The notes under the pieces are model-generated. The model was not told the DNA's origin. It saw only the letters and a program-made list of their open reading frames with translations, and searched no databases. 54,230 nt of DNA from a virus (lineage: Duplodnaviria; Caudoviricetes). Positions 19,566 through 28,986 of this stretch are shown piece by piece (position 1 is the stretch's first letter; each line of letters opens with the position of its first letter). The DNA is taken from positions 1 through 54,230 of the IMG/VR virus record IMGVR_UViG_3300023179_000138. One strand, 5' to 3'. The translations under genes were made by a program, and so were the position numbers.

Positions 19566-20327
19566 TCAGTCCGGGTTCTTAATGAGAACACCACCGGCGT
19601 ACATGCTGACCGTGAATGGGCTGCCAGTGTTGGCCTTCACACAGAATTGGATGTCAGTCTTCTCAATGTGATCAACCGGCACCGTGAAAGGCACCTCTTG
19701 CTTTTGCACAAAGGTTGACTGATTCAACAGCGTGATACGGCCGCTATTGGTGCCGGTGTTAACTTTGTTGTACTCGGCAGCAATCATGTAGTTGCTCGAA
19801 GTAAAGCCAATGCTTGCGTCGTACTGGACATACGACAGATAGAACGTATAGCCAGCCGGCACGGTGTAAATCGACATCTGAGTCTGACCAACGCCGGCGT
19901 TAATCTTGGCGTACACGGTAGAGCTAATGGATGCCGTGATGTTGCCCGTGTTGGTGCTGTTCAACATGGACATCTGATTAATGCGCAGGAACGAATTAGT
20001 CGTGGTGACATTCGTCGTGCCATTCAATGCGATGGTTTCGGTCAGGGGCGCAAAGCTTGCGTCCAAACCTTGAATCACCACCGAGCGGGTTGTGTTGTCA
20101 GTTGCCGAGTCGCTAACCAGCACCAAAGGCGCGGCAGCCGAAGGCGGCACATACAAACCACCAGAAAGCGTTTGACCTTCCCACATCGGGCCCTGAGCCG
20201 TGCTACCAATAGCCGTGCTGTACCCAAAGATTTCCAAGCCAATGTGGCCGTCAACTTGATTGCGGGCCACTTGCAGATCAAACGGCTCGTAGGCGCCCTG
20301 ACGAGTGGCAGAAGAGTAGGTTCCCAT
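19566..20327 (-). CDS. Virion structural protein (hypothetical)
   Basis: 253-aa beta-rich ORF in the head module with an upstream GGGAG RBS. Confidence 0.7.
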   Translation of the reverse strand: MGTYSSATRQGAYEPFDLQVARNQVDGHIGLEIFGYSTAIGSTAQGPMWEGQTLSGGLYVPPSAAAPLVLVSDSATDNTTRSVVIQGLDASFAPLTETIALNGTTNVTTTNSFLRINQMSMLNSTNTGNITASISSTVYAKINAGVGQTQMSIYTVPAGYTFYLSYVQYDASIGFTSSNYMIAAEYNKVNTGTNSGRITLLNQSTFVQKQEVPFTVPVDHIEKTDIQFCVKANTGSPFTVSMYAGGVLIKNPD

Positions 20328-20345
20328 CTAAATCTCCCAAAGAGG

Positions 20346-20363
20346 GAGGGGCCGAAGCCCCTC
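20346..20363 (-). terminator. GC hairpin with UUCG tetraloop
   Basis: GAGGGGC-TTCG-GCCCCTC on the minus strand, just after the stop of 20369..21637. Confidence 0.55.
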
Positions 20364-20368
20364 ACCCA

Positions 20369-21637
20369 TTACTTAACGCGGCCACCTTTTTTGTAGGTGC
20401 CAGACAACTGGTTGATTGACACAGGCGTCGGAACACGCGGCTTGGGCATCTTCACCGCACGGCCATCATCCTGAACAGAACCACCCGTTGCATAACCCAC
20501 AGGCGTCGGCTGACCACCCGGTTGCTGCGCCAGCATCGAATTGTACGGATCATAAATCCGGCCAGATGCTGAAACCGGGGGCAGGCCAACTCGACCCATC
20601 GGCGACACGCTCGGGAGACCCATCGGGGCTCCTTGAACCATGCCACCATCGGCGTACTTGGTCTTACCACCCTTCTTGTAATGCGGGGTCTTCATGTACT
20701 CCTTCAAGAACTCCGGGCTAATCGGAGAATCCATCGGGGTTACATCATTCGACTGAACATTACGGCTGTCATACGGGTTGGGCTTCTTCGGGGTCATCTT
20801 GCGGACAATCTGGCGTTCCACTTCCGTGACGGTACCCATGCCAGACTTGGCACCGTCAACAGCTTTTTTTGAGGAACCGCCTTCGGCCATTTTCTTGGCT
20901 TTGCCACCCTTCTTAAAGCCACCAGCATTGCCAAGCTTCACGCCACCAGTGGTGGTGTTGGTCTTGCCAGCCGGGGTGCCAACCACGTTACCGTCAACGT
21001 AGTTCATCACCTTGCCGCCGTCGGCGTAGCAGCGACCGCCCTTCTTGTAGCCACCGCCGTTACCGTTTTTGACTTCACCGGTCTTGCCGCTGGTCTTGGT
21101 GGTGTACTCGGCGGTGTCCATCTTGGTGGTGCGGTATTCGCCGCCTTGGCCTTCGGTGTTGATGATGCCGCTCTTGGGAACGCCACCTTCAGCCATCTTG
21201 ACCTTGCCGCCCTTCTTGTAGCCGCCTTGGCCCATGGCAACGCCACCAGTAGCGTAGCAATCGCCACCCTTCTTCAGGCCCTTGTGAGCTTTAGAGGCGG
21301 GCTTGTCGGCATGCTCTTGGATCATTTCTTCACAGCTGCCACCCTTCTTCATGATGCGGCCAGCCATGCCCACCGGGCCCGCAGGAGCGGCAGCAGAGGG
21401 CATAGCACGCATGGCCTTACGACGCATAGCCAGCGACGGCTTCATCGGAGCAGCAGCGGTCGGCAGACCACCACGAGCAGGCATGGCCATCGGGGGAACA
21501 CCACCGTCCATCATTTTGTGACCGTCATGCTCTTTGACTTTCATCTTCGAGGTCTTGACGTGGCCACCCTTCTTGAGCTTCAACTCAACAGAGGGCTCAG
21601 TGGTGTACATCTTCACCATCGGTTTGAACTGTCCCAT
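20369..21637 (-). CDS. Basic, disordered protein with 15 [YFML]xxGG motifs (putative internal capsid protein)
   Basis: Lys/Gly/Met-rich, with repeated YKKGG, YADGG, MAEGG and YATGG. Lies two genes downstream of the major capsid gene. Confidence 0.75.
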   Translation of the reverse strand: MGQFKPMVKMYTTEPSVELKLKKGGHVKTSKMKVKEHDGHKMMDGGVPPMAMPARGGLPTAAAPMKPSLAMRRKAMRAMPSAAAPAGPVGMAGRIMKKGGSCEEMIQEHADKPASKAHKGLKKGGDCYATGGVAMGQGGYKKGGKVKMAEGGVPKSGIINTEGQGGEYRTTKMDTAEYTTKTSGKTGEVKNGNGGGYKKGGRCYADGGKVMNYVDGNVVGTPAGKTNTTTGGVKLGNAGGFKKGGKAKKMAEGGSSKKAVDGAKSGMGTVTEVERQIVRKMTPKKPNPYDSRNVQSNDVTPMDSPISPEFLKEYMKTPHYKKGGKTKYADGGMVQGAPMGLPSVSPMGRVGLPPVSASGRIYDPYNSMLAQQPGGQPTPVGYATGGSVQDDGRAVKMPKPRVPTPVSINQLSGTYKKGGRVK

Positions 21638-21649
21638 TACTGCCTCCTA

Positions 21650-22624
21650 TTAGGCTTGGGTGACGCCAAGGGCGCCAAGACGGGTGGCATTAGCACCAAC
21701 TGCAATTGCAGGCAGCGCAAGGGTCATCACCAGACGCTTCTGGCCGTCAGCAGCCGTGCTGGGAGCGAACGTGCCGCGCACATCACCAGTAGTAGTGGTA
21801 GCAGTGGCCATGTCAGCAACAGTCAGAACGCCGCTGGTGTCATCGGTCGTGGCATTGTTCCAGCCGTAACGGATCACATACGACTTGTCGTAGAAACGTA
21901 CCGGGCAGCCAAACACGTCAGCAGTACCAACGCTACAGGCGGTAGTGGTGCCACCACCAGCAACAGTCACCGAGGTGATTTGGTAGAACGCCTTCTTGCC
22001 AGCAACAGTCGAGTTAACCGTCGAGGTGATCGCTTCCGACATCAGCTGACCGTAGTAGTCATAACCAGACACGGTGAAGGTGCGTTGCGTACCAGCAGCG
22101 GCTTGGGTGATGCTAACTGCACGCGGGACGTCCAGTTGGATCACGGTGGTGCCGGCGGTGTTAACCACAGACTTGGCCGAGGTGCCGGCGGTCAGGGTCA
22201 GCGAGCCAGCAGCAGCCGGGGTTTGCGATGCGGCAATGTTGGCGGCTTGCAGGGTCTGCGGAACCAAGTCCCACACGAACACGCGGCCGAGCGGGCCAAC
22301 GCCAACATCCATCGGGGCCGGATTCTCAAACGGCACATTGGAGTGAGCGTACATCGTGGTGCTCGAGGCCGACACCGATTGGTTAATGGTGTAGGTGCCA
22401 GTGCCACCGGTTCCGGTCACGAAAGCGGTGATGTAGGTGCCATCGGTAACGCTAGAGCCGTCAACATACGAGCCCACGACCAGCGGCGAGCCGGACAACA
22501 GGGCAGTTACGGTCAACGTCGTGCTCGACATTGAACCAGTGAAAATGGTCGAGTACGGCCGAATGCCAGTACCCATAAAGGTCTGGGCCGAACCCAGAAA
22601 GAGATCATCACCAAAGCTAGGCAT
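21650..22624 (-). CDS. Putative capsid decoration / structural protein
   Basis: Directly follows the major capsid gene. Thr/Ala-rich, with an inserted 'STTLTVTA...GTYTINQS' beta module. Confidence 0.6.
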   Translation of the reverse strand: MPSFGDDLFLGSAQTFMGTGIRPYSTIFTGSMSSTTLTVTALLSGSPLVVGSYVDGSSVTDGTYITAFVTGTGGTGTYTINQSVSASSTTMYAHSNVPFENPAPMDVGVGPLGRVFVWDLVPQTLQAANIAASQTPAAAGSLTLTAGTSAKSVVNTAGTTVIQLDVPRAVSITQAAAGTQRTFTVSGYDYYGQLMSEAITSTVNSTVAGKKAFYQITSVTVAGGGTTTACSVGTADVFGCPVRFYDKSYVIRYGWNNATTDDTSGVLTVADMATATTTTGDVRGTFAPSTAADGQKRLVMTLALPAIAVGANATRLGALGVTQA

Positions 22625-22664
22625 CGTCTTCTCCTTGAAAAGCTTGACGAATTAAAGGGAAACA

Positions 22665-22680
22665 GGGGGCCGAAGCCCCC
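22665..22680 (-). terminator. Hairpin / terminator after the major capsid gene
   Basis: GGGGGC-TTCG-GCCCCC followed by TGTTTCCCTTT. Confidence 0.7.
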
Positions 22681-22692
22681 CGTCTTTGCTAC

Positions 22693-23607
22693 TTACACAC
22701 CCGGGGTGCCGTACATGGCACGCGGGTCGGTGAAGCCAACGTCGTAACGCTCGGTTGCCTTGTAGCGCATCGAGTCAGTTTCGAAATCGCCTTCCATCGT
22801 CTTCTCGAGACGACGACGCATCAGAAGCTTCATGCCTTCCGGCGCATCGGTCTGCACCCACCAAGCGGTCGGCGAGGTCAGACGCGAGATAACGGCAGCA
22901 CCTTCATCAAGCAGACCAATCGACTTGATCGGGTTGATGTCGTTGTTGGCGTTACCAGCACGCAGGACGCTCTTCAGCAGAACTTCAGCTTGGAAGATGT
23001 TGCCCGGGGCCACGACCAGTTGGCGCGGAACCAGACGAATCTTCTTGCCGTTGTTGTCCACAGCCTGACGGATCTGGATGAGCATTTGCTCAAGCGAGGT
23101 CTGCGACAGGTTTGCCGAGGTGGTCAGCAGATTGCTGAAGGTACCGTTGACGATCGGGTGCGAAGCCGAGTTCAGAGCCACGCCGTCACCGCCCGGGTAC
23201 GCGCTGTTGAAGGCGCGGTTCAGGACGTTGGCACTCAGAGTTTCCTTGGTTTCGACCAGCGACTGGGCCAAGTGACGGGCATAGACTTGACCGATACGGA
23301 TATGGTCGCCGTCTTCCACCAGCACCTTGGTCAGAGCGAATGCCAGACCGTACACGTTATAGACATAACGCTTCAGGAACAGCACGCCACCCTGTTGGTA
23401 GGTGACCGGGGTGCCGTCCGGCAATTGCGGAGCTGCACCAAAGCCGTAAAGGACCGGCTCTTCGTGATAGTTGCGGGGGATACCTTCTTGTTCGCGGAAA
23501 ACACGCGACCATTCGTCGGTACGCTGATCGTAGACACCGTCGAAGCACTCGTTAAGAATGGGTTCGACAATGCTACGAAAGTCTGTACTGCGCATCGGGG
23601 CTGCCAT
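22693..23607 (-). CDS. Major capsid protein (HK97 fold, Mu gpT-like family)
   Basis: 304 aa with 'GGDGVALNSASHP', 'PRQLVVAP', 'RYKATERYDVGFTDPRAMYG'. Strongly biased codons; follows the scaffold. Confidence 0.88.
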   Translation of the reverse strand: MAAPMRSTDFRSIVEPILNECFDGVYDQRTDEWSRVFREQEGIPRNYHEEPVLYGFGAAPQLPDGTPVTYQQGGVLFLKRYVYNVYGLAFALTKVLVEDGDHIRIGQVYARHLAQSLVETKETLSANVLNRAFNSAYPGGDGVALNSASHPIVNGTFSNLLTTSANLSQTSLEQMLIQIRQAVDNNGKKIRLVPRQLVVAPGNIFQAEVLLKSVLRAGNANNDINPIKSIGLLDEGAAVISRLTSPTAWWVQTDAPEGMKLLMRRRLEKTMEGDFETDSMRYKATERYDVGFTDPRAMYGTPGV

Positions 23608-23620
23608 TTTTTAGCCCTCC

Positions 23621-24217
23621 TTAGACGGCAACCGGCGTGTAGTTAGCGCCGGAGACGCGAACTTGGCCGAATTGGAATTGAGCAACCGTGGCGCGAACGA
23701 TAACGTAAGCGTCACCCCAAGCATTGTCCGGGTACGGAGCAATATCAACGATGCGCATCGCAGCAACACTGTTGGCACCAGCGAGGCTGGACGACAGGGT
23801 GCATTGCGACAGGCCAGTGGTGGTCGAACCAGCAGTTGAGTTGGTGATGTTTGCTTCGTCACCAATCGACGACTGGGCAACCGAACCATCGGTTTGGATT
23901 TCGTAAACGATGTTGGGATCGTTATAGAAGTAAGCCACGCACGAACCAGCTTGGTAGGCGGTGTTAGCCGGCCAGTAGTTCGACACGCGACGGCGACCCG
24001 TGGTATCGGTCCACTCAACGCCGGCGAATGCGCCAACGAAAGCTTCCGAGCCCGAGGCCACGACGATGGTGCCAGCGGTGTCGTACTTGACCGGTTGGCC
24101 CTTCAGAATATCGGTGTTGTAAGCCGATGCGATACCGCCAGCAAGCGCCTGAGCGCGATCCAAGCCAGAAGGATGGAACGCAGGACGCAGGCCGAACGGA
24201 GCAGATGTTGCAGACAT
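23621..24217 (-). CDS. Minor capsid / cement protein
   Basis: 'APFGLRP', 'DPNIVYEIQ', 'GSTTTGLS'; immediately upstream of the capsid gene. Confidence 0.7.
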   Translation of the reverse strand: MSATSAPFGLRPAFHPSGLDRAQALAGGIASAYNTDILKGQPVKYDTAGTIVVASGSEAFVGAFAGVEWTDTTGRRRVSNYWPANTAYQAGSCVAYFYNDPNIVYEIQTDGSVAQSSIGDEANITNSTAGSTTTGLSQCTLSSSLAGANSVAAMRIVDIAPYPDNAWGDAYVIVRATVAQFQFGQVRVSGANYTPVAV

Positions 24218-24236
24218 GACTGTCTCCTTTGTTTAG

Positions 24237-24779
24237 TTACCCATGAAAGATGGGCGTCTTAACGTCTCGGTCCAAATCGCCAAATCCGTCACCCTCAACC
24301 CGGCCCAGACTCTTACCTGAGCTGTCTCGCGCACCCTGCAGGTTCTCAATTTGAACGCGGATCTTGTCCGCCTCCTCGTTGGGAGCCTCGTGGTGCATCT
24401 GCAACATGAGGTCTTGATACACATCCATAGGGATCTTGTACAAGCGCATCTCGTTGCATGCGACGAAACCTACGTCTTCTCCAGCCTTTACGCGGTAGTT
24501 TTCAAAGTTTGGGAGTTCATCCGCCATTACAGGGACATACCCAAGCCGAATCCGCTTATCAATGCTGTCGTAAGCGTTAGTTGTCGAGAGCCAACAGATG
24601 TGCCAGCCCGGAATCTCCGGCACCTTTGGCAGCGCACTTTGTGTCCACTCATCGCTCCACATCTTTCGACGTTCCTGCGCTGACATGAACTGCTCTTCAG
24701 GAGCCTTGCGGGTAACGTCCTCGCTAGCACGAGTTTCGCGGCCGCCGGCCGTGAGAGTTTTCTTCAAACGAGAATCCAT
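24237..24779 (-). CDS. Conserved head-module hypothetical protein
   Basis: 'PEIPGWHICWLST...RIRLGYVPV'; lies between scaffold and capsid genes. Confidence 0.75.
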   Translation of the reverse strand: MDSRLKKTLTAGGRETRASEDVTRKAPEEQFMSAQERRKMWSDEWTQSALPKVPEIPGWHICWLSTTNAYDSIDKRIRLGYVPVMADELPNFENYRVKAGEDVGFVACNEMRLYKIPMDVYQDLMLQMHHEAPNEEADKIRVQIENLQGARDSSGKSLGRVEGDGFGDLDRDVKTPIFHG

Positions 24780-24781
24780 TG

Positions 24782-25699
24782 TTATCCCCTATTAGTTTTG
24801 TCGTACTGGATGAACTGCTTGATCATTCGGTTGCGTTTTTCTACGTCATCCCACATGCCCGCCTCTTTGATAGCTCGAACACGTTCAGGACTCAGTACAT
24901 AACCGTTGCCGGAGCCACGGTTCCCAACCGACTCACGCACAGATCCCGTAACTACACTTCGGGGCCTACTATGACGACGCTCGTCTTGATGGTTATTGTA
25001 ACGATGTGGCAAACGCTTTTGCAAGCGATTGTCAAGTTCTTCCCAATAATCTGCAGATGCAGGGTTCCAACCCTCTTGGGTCAGTTTTGCGTCAATGATT
25101 TTTGCAATTTGAGTGTCTTCGTCGTTTGAATCTGGGTCATACCACGAGTTTGCCTCAAGCCAATCATTTGCAAGGCGTTTTACCGTAGGGCTCACATTTT
25201 TTTCGGCACTTTCAGAGGCGTTAGCCCTAATAACCGATAGCTGTTTCAAACGATCAAGAGCCTCAGCTTCCATCTCTCGAGCGCGAACAAATGTGTTGCC
25301 GTCTGAGTTATCAGTAGCCTCACGCATTTTGGTCATTGCATATTGCAAACGAAGCTTCTCGTCTTCAATAGCTTTATCCAAACTTGCCAAATCAGAATGG
25401 CGAGTACGTTGCTCAATTGCCGATAGGCGTTGCATTAAATCTTGGTTTTGGCGCTGCAAAGACTCAAGACGTGCATCCTTTTCAGCATTGCGCTGACGCA
25501 CATAGTCTTTTTTGGCGCGACGACGAGCCCGTTTTGCCGCACGGACATCCTCATCATCATCAGGGTGATCATCATCGGCAGAGCCGCCATCAGCGGCATT
25601 TTGCTCGGGTATTTCAATGTCCTCCGGCACGTCTACCACGGCTGAACCATCGGCGGCCTCTTCAACCACCTGCATCTCTACTTCTTTGTTCTCGCTCAC
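24782..25699 (-). CDS. Putative scaffolding protein
   Basis: Acidic N-terminus, long coiled coil, 'WLEANSWY' and a C-terminal helix; position between portal and capsid genes. Confidence 0.7.
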   Translation of the reverse strand: MSENKEVEMQVVEEAADGSAVVDVPEDIEIPEQNAADGGSADDDHPDDDEDVRAAKRARRRAKKDYVRQRNAEKDARLESLQRQNQDLMQRLSAIEQRTRHSDLASLDKAIEDEKLRLQYAMTKMREATDNSDGNTFVRAREMEAEALDRLKQLSVIRANASESAEKNVSPTVKRLANDWLEANSWYDPDSNDEDTQIAKIIDAKLTQEGWNPASADYWEELDNRLQKRLPHRYNNHQDERRHSRPRSVVTGSVRESVGNRGSGNGYVLSPERVRAIKEAGMWDDVEKRNRMIKQFIQYDKTNRG

Positions 25700-26133
25700 A
25701 AGAAGGCCCTCATAGCTAGCGGATCACCGGTTACCTTTGCGATAACCTCGTGGTCGTTGAGAATCATGAACAACGCCGGCTCTTCCAAGTCGTCGTCTCC
25801 CGGCACCTTGACTTCCCATCTGTCGCCACCCCACTTCGGAACGCGCAGAAAGTCGCCAACCTCGCACCAAGAGCCCTCCGGCCACGATTGCATCGTGTCG
25901 CGGTGCTTGAACGCCAGCGGACCAATGTCAATGACCTTGGCCACCATGTTGTTCCACTTCTCGGTTTCCTTGGTCTCTTCAACCAAGATAATCCCCGCCT
26001 GCCCAACCTTCTTTTTTGCACGACGCAGCTGTACAAGAATGCGTCCGCCGAGAGGTTTAGCACCGGGGTCTACGCTCGGAAAAGCCCAAGCCAACTCAGC
26101 TTCGTTAGAAGCTTCCGGTTTACCTGTCGTCAT
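25696..26133 (-). CDS. GroES/Cpn10-like co-chaperonin
   Basis: 'KPLGGRILVQ', 'AGIILVE', 'AKVIDIGP', 'CEVGDF', 'ILNDHEVIAKV'. Likely start is ATG 26133. Confidence 0.85.
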   Translation of the reverse strand: MTTGKPEASNEAELAWAFPSVDPGAKPLGGRILVQLRRAKKKVGQAGIILVEETKETEKWNNMVAKVIDIGPLAFKHRDTMQSWPEGSWCEVGDFLRVPKWGGDRWEVKVPGDDDLEEPALFMILNDHEVIAKVTGDPLAMRAFL

Positions 26134-26305
26134 CGTCTTCCTTAAGTAATGAATCAAGAATCTGCAGAGCCTCCTGTAGGCCTGCATGATGTCCAACCAT
26201 GCGTTGATAGGTTTCCCAGTTCGACGCATTTCCTGCGGCCAAAGACAAGGCAATCTCAGACTGCCGAGTCTTCAACCCTCCAATCAAGTCCGAAAGAAGA
26301 CTCAC
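26120..26305 (-). CDS. Small hypothetical protein
   Basis: 61 aa, 'LAAGNASNWETYQRMVG...GL'; coupled to its neighbours. Confidence 0.75.
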   Translation of the reverse strand: MSLLSDLIGGLKTRQSEIALSLAAGNASNWETYQRMVGHHAGLQEALQILDSLLKEDDDDR

Positions 26306-26442
26306 TTCTTCTTGACTTGACTCAGAGCACCTTGCGATTGACCCTTCGGCTGCATGCTGCTGCCGTCAAGCTTCTCGCCTTGAGCAATGCGCTTGTGCTG
26401 CGGCACATTGATGCTCTTCTGTTCCTTGTCACTCGTAGCCAT
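26302..26442 (-). CDS. 46-aa protein (not in ORF track)
   Basis: My translation: MATSDKEQKSINVPQHKRIAQGEKLDGSSMQPKGQSQGALSQVKKK, preceded by AAGGAGG. Confidence 0.75.
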   Translation of the reverse strand: MATSDKEQKSINVPQHKRIAQGEKLDGSSMQPKGQSQGALSQVKKK

Positions 26443-28984
26443 ATTGGCCTCCTTGTTTGATGGTTAGATCCAATGCAGCCTTCTCGCCGTCCTGCTTCAA
26501 CTTGGCGGCATCGCGGGTCAACCGGGCTGTCTCGATGCGCTCCTTCAACTCCTGATCGCCTGTAGCAATGGCAAGCTTGAGCTGTAGTTCTTCCATGGCG
26601 TGCTGCTGATCTGCCTGTAGCTTCTGCACGTCCAACTGCAAGCGGGCGGCCAGCTCTTTGTCCTTGAGGCCCATCTCGGCTTGGTCTCGCTGGGTACGAC
26701 GCTGGGTCTCGGCCATGCTGGTCTGCAGCAGGACCTGACCGTCCGGCGTCATCTCGGGCTTCGGCTTGAACTGCTCTATGGTCTGAACCATCTGCTGGAT
26801 GACCGGCATGATGCCCGCAAGGGTTTGTTCGGCATCCATTTCCACATGTTGAGACGCAGCACCAAACAGCTTGTCAATGTCTTTTGGATCTTCCATCTCT
26901 TCGTACTCATCAACCTTGCGGCCCAGAGCCTGCTCAACGTAGCCATTCATGCGGTTCAGGTACCACAGGGTAATGTGCTGCTTGATGTGCTCCATGGCCT
27001 TCGGCAGGAATGACGGCGCCACCATTGGGTTACCACCGAATACGGGGTTCTTGGCGTAGTCCAGATGCACTTGAATGTGCCCAAGATGGTCTTGCTCGGG
27101 GAAGGCATAGGCAGACTGGCCAATAGTCATAGCGACGTTCTCATCGGCCGCATTTATTTTCTCCGGCGCAGGGGTATCGACCATCAATTCATTGACGCTC
27201 GGCACCTTAATCTGCTTCATGAAACGCTCAATCACCGCTTTCTGGTTAAAGAGCTGCGGGTAGTCCTTCATCACGGCCATAACGGCCTGCGTTTGGGCCA
27301 TCCGCTGCGTTTCAGAGAAGATATGCGGGTCAGAGACCGGGATAACGTCCGTCACACGCGCAAAATCCTCGCGCTCAACGTCCAAATCCTCCACAACCTC
27401 GCCGCGGCGCATGTCATCGAGGTACCAACGGTTGATTCGGCTCAAAACCTTGAGCACGCGGCCCTGAGACTCATGCAATCGGGCGTGAATGGCCGAGAAA
27501 ACAGCCGCGCCCTGCTCAATCATCGCCTGAGTGGTGCCTACAGGCGCATTTGAGGTGACATCAGCAATCTTTTCTTCAGCTGTGGTCACCACACCCTTGG
27601 CTGCTTCGGTCAACCAGCCCAAAAGGTCATACAGAACCGGGCTCGGCGGATTGAAAGGCATCGGCATCGCAATCTTGCGCACATCATCGACGCCCGGGGC
27701 ACCTTCAATCTCGGCAACCTGCGTTACTTCAACCTGTTGAGACTGCCCGGAAATCTTTGCGCCCTTGAGCTTGAGCATTGTGGCGGCATTATTGATATGA
27801 GCACTATCAAGCAGAGCCCGCAGAGCGCCAGTAAGGGCAGCACTAAGGCCGCCAATAAGATGCGGAAGACCAACAGCATAGGCACCTCGCCATGGAATGA
27901 ACTTGAACTCAATGATCCAGTCAAGTTTAGTGAAGGTTTCGTCGCCCTCTTCCCAGTTGCGATACAAACCCAGCACCTGAGAGTCCAGCTCGTCAATCAT
28001 CAGGATGTACGGCGCTGATTCGCCTTTGGTGTACGGGTCGTCGTCCAGCTCTAACCATGTATAGACGTGGTACACACGCCGCAGGCCGTCCTCGTTGTCA
28101 TTGGAGTTGCGCCCTTCAATCTTGTCCGTGGCCTTTTGCGGGCCAGTCGGGTCAGGATCCATAGTTGCGCGGATGTAAGACACGTCACGGTAGAGCCCGG
28201 CGTCGATTCGGCGCTTGAACTCGTAGTCGGAGATGTCATCCACCTCGGTAACGCGCTGTGCGGTGTAGAAGTTACCGGCCGAAAACGGCAGCAGGACGTT
28301 ATCAATCGGCAGAAACTGCGCACAGGGACGGCGTTTCTTCTCGTCGTACCAAAGCTTGAGGTACTGAGAGCCACCGAGAGGCAGTTGGGTGAGCATTTGC
28401 TCCTGCTCGTCGCGGAACTCTTCAATTTGTTCCGTCAGCTGCCAGTTCATAAAGTCCGATTTGCGCTCGGCGATCGCCACTTTGTCCTTGTCTACGTCAC
28501 CAAGGATCTTGGTGCGGGTAGGACCATCGGGCGGGAACAGCTCTTTGATGGCTCGAGAGGCAAAATCCACGCAAGCCTCGGCCATAACAGGGTGGACAAC
28601 CTTGCTAGCACCGTTGAAGTTAGCGCCACCGGGGGCGTCATTACCCAAACCAGTGCGTCGGATGCCCTCTTCATACTGCTTGTCGCGCTGTTTGCGGGCC
28701 TCTTTGTCCTTCTCGGCGTACTCGATGTAGCGCAGAGCCAGACTATCGACTGACATGTAGTCCAGACGGTCTGAATCGGCGAGGTTTTCGTAGAAGTCAG
28801 GCTCATCAAGCGGGCCCTTGATGTCCATGTGGACCATTACCGAACCATCAGGCAGCTCTTCAAGCTCCGAATCGTCAATCGGCTCTTCTACTTCCATGCC
28901 TTGTTTGCCCTCGTCTTGGGCGTCAGCAGGCTGGCCACCAATGAATCGGCCGTATTCTTGGTCAATCGGGAACTCTTCAGCCAT
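26429..28984 (-). CDS. Portal protein
   Basis: 851 aa with 'VVHPVMAEACVDF', 'LPLGGSQYLK', 'NAPVGTT' and a C-terminal coiled-coil barrel; upstream of scaffold and capsid genes. Confidence 0.85.
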   Translation of the reverse strand: MAEEFPIDQEYGRFIGGQPADAQDEGKQGMEVEEPIDDSELEELPDGSVMVHMDIKGPLDEPDFYENLADSDRLDYMSVDSLALRYIEYAEKDKEARKQRDKQYEEGIRRTGLGNDAPGGANFNGASKVVHPVMAEACVDFASRAIKELFPPDGPTRTKILGDVDKDKVAIAERKSDFMNWQLTEQIEEFRDEQEQMLTQLPLGGSQYLKLWYDEKKRRPCAQFLPIDNVLLPFSAGNFYTAQRVTEVDDISDYEFKRRIDAGLYRDVSYIRATMDPDPTGPQKATDKIEGRNSNDNEDGLRRVYHVYTWLELDDDPYTKGESAPYILMIDELDSQVLGLYRNWEEGDETFTKLDWIIEFKFIPWRGAYAVGLPHLIGGLSAALTGALRALLDSAHINNAATMLKLKGAKISGQSQQVEVTQVAEIEGAPGVDDVRKIAMPMPFNPPSPVLYDLLGWLTEAAKGVVTTAEEKIADVTSNAPVGTTQAMIEQGAAVFSAIHARLHESQGRVLKVLSRINRWYLDDMRRGEVVEDLDVEREDFARVTDVIPVSDPHIFSETQRMAQTQAVMAVMKDYPQLFNQKAVIERFMKQIKVPSVNELMVDTPAPEKINAADENVAMTIGQSAYAFPEQDHLGHIQVHLDYAKNPVFGGNPMVAPSFLPKAMEHIKQHITLWYLNRMNGYVEQALGRKVDEYEEMEDPKDIDKLFGAASQHVEMDAEQTLAGIMPVIQQMVQTIEQFKPKPEMTPDGQVLLQTSMAETQRRTQRDQAEMGLKDKELAARLQLDVQKLQADQQHAMEELQLKLAIATGDQELKERIETARLTRDAAKLKQDGEKAALDLTIKQGGQYGYE

Positions 28985-28986
28985 GA

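Noticed and set aside
21146-22534. 462-aa plus-strand ORF, and similar ones at 9610-10449, 18260-19135 and 32379-33359
   Set aside because: They are antisense shadows of well-supported minus-strand genes with biased codon use and show no recognisable motifs.
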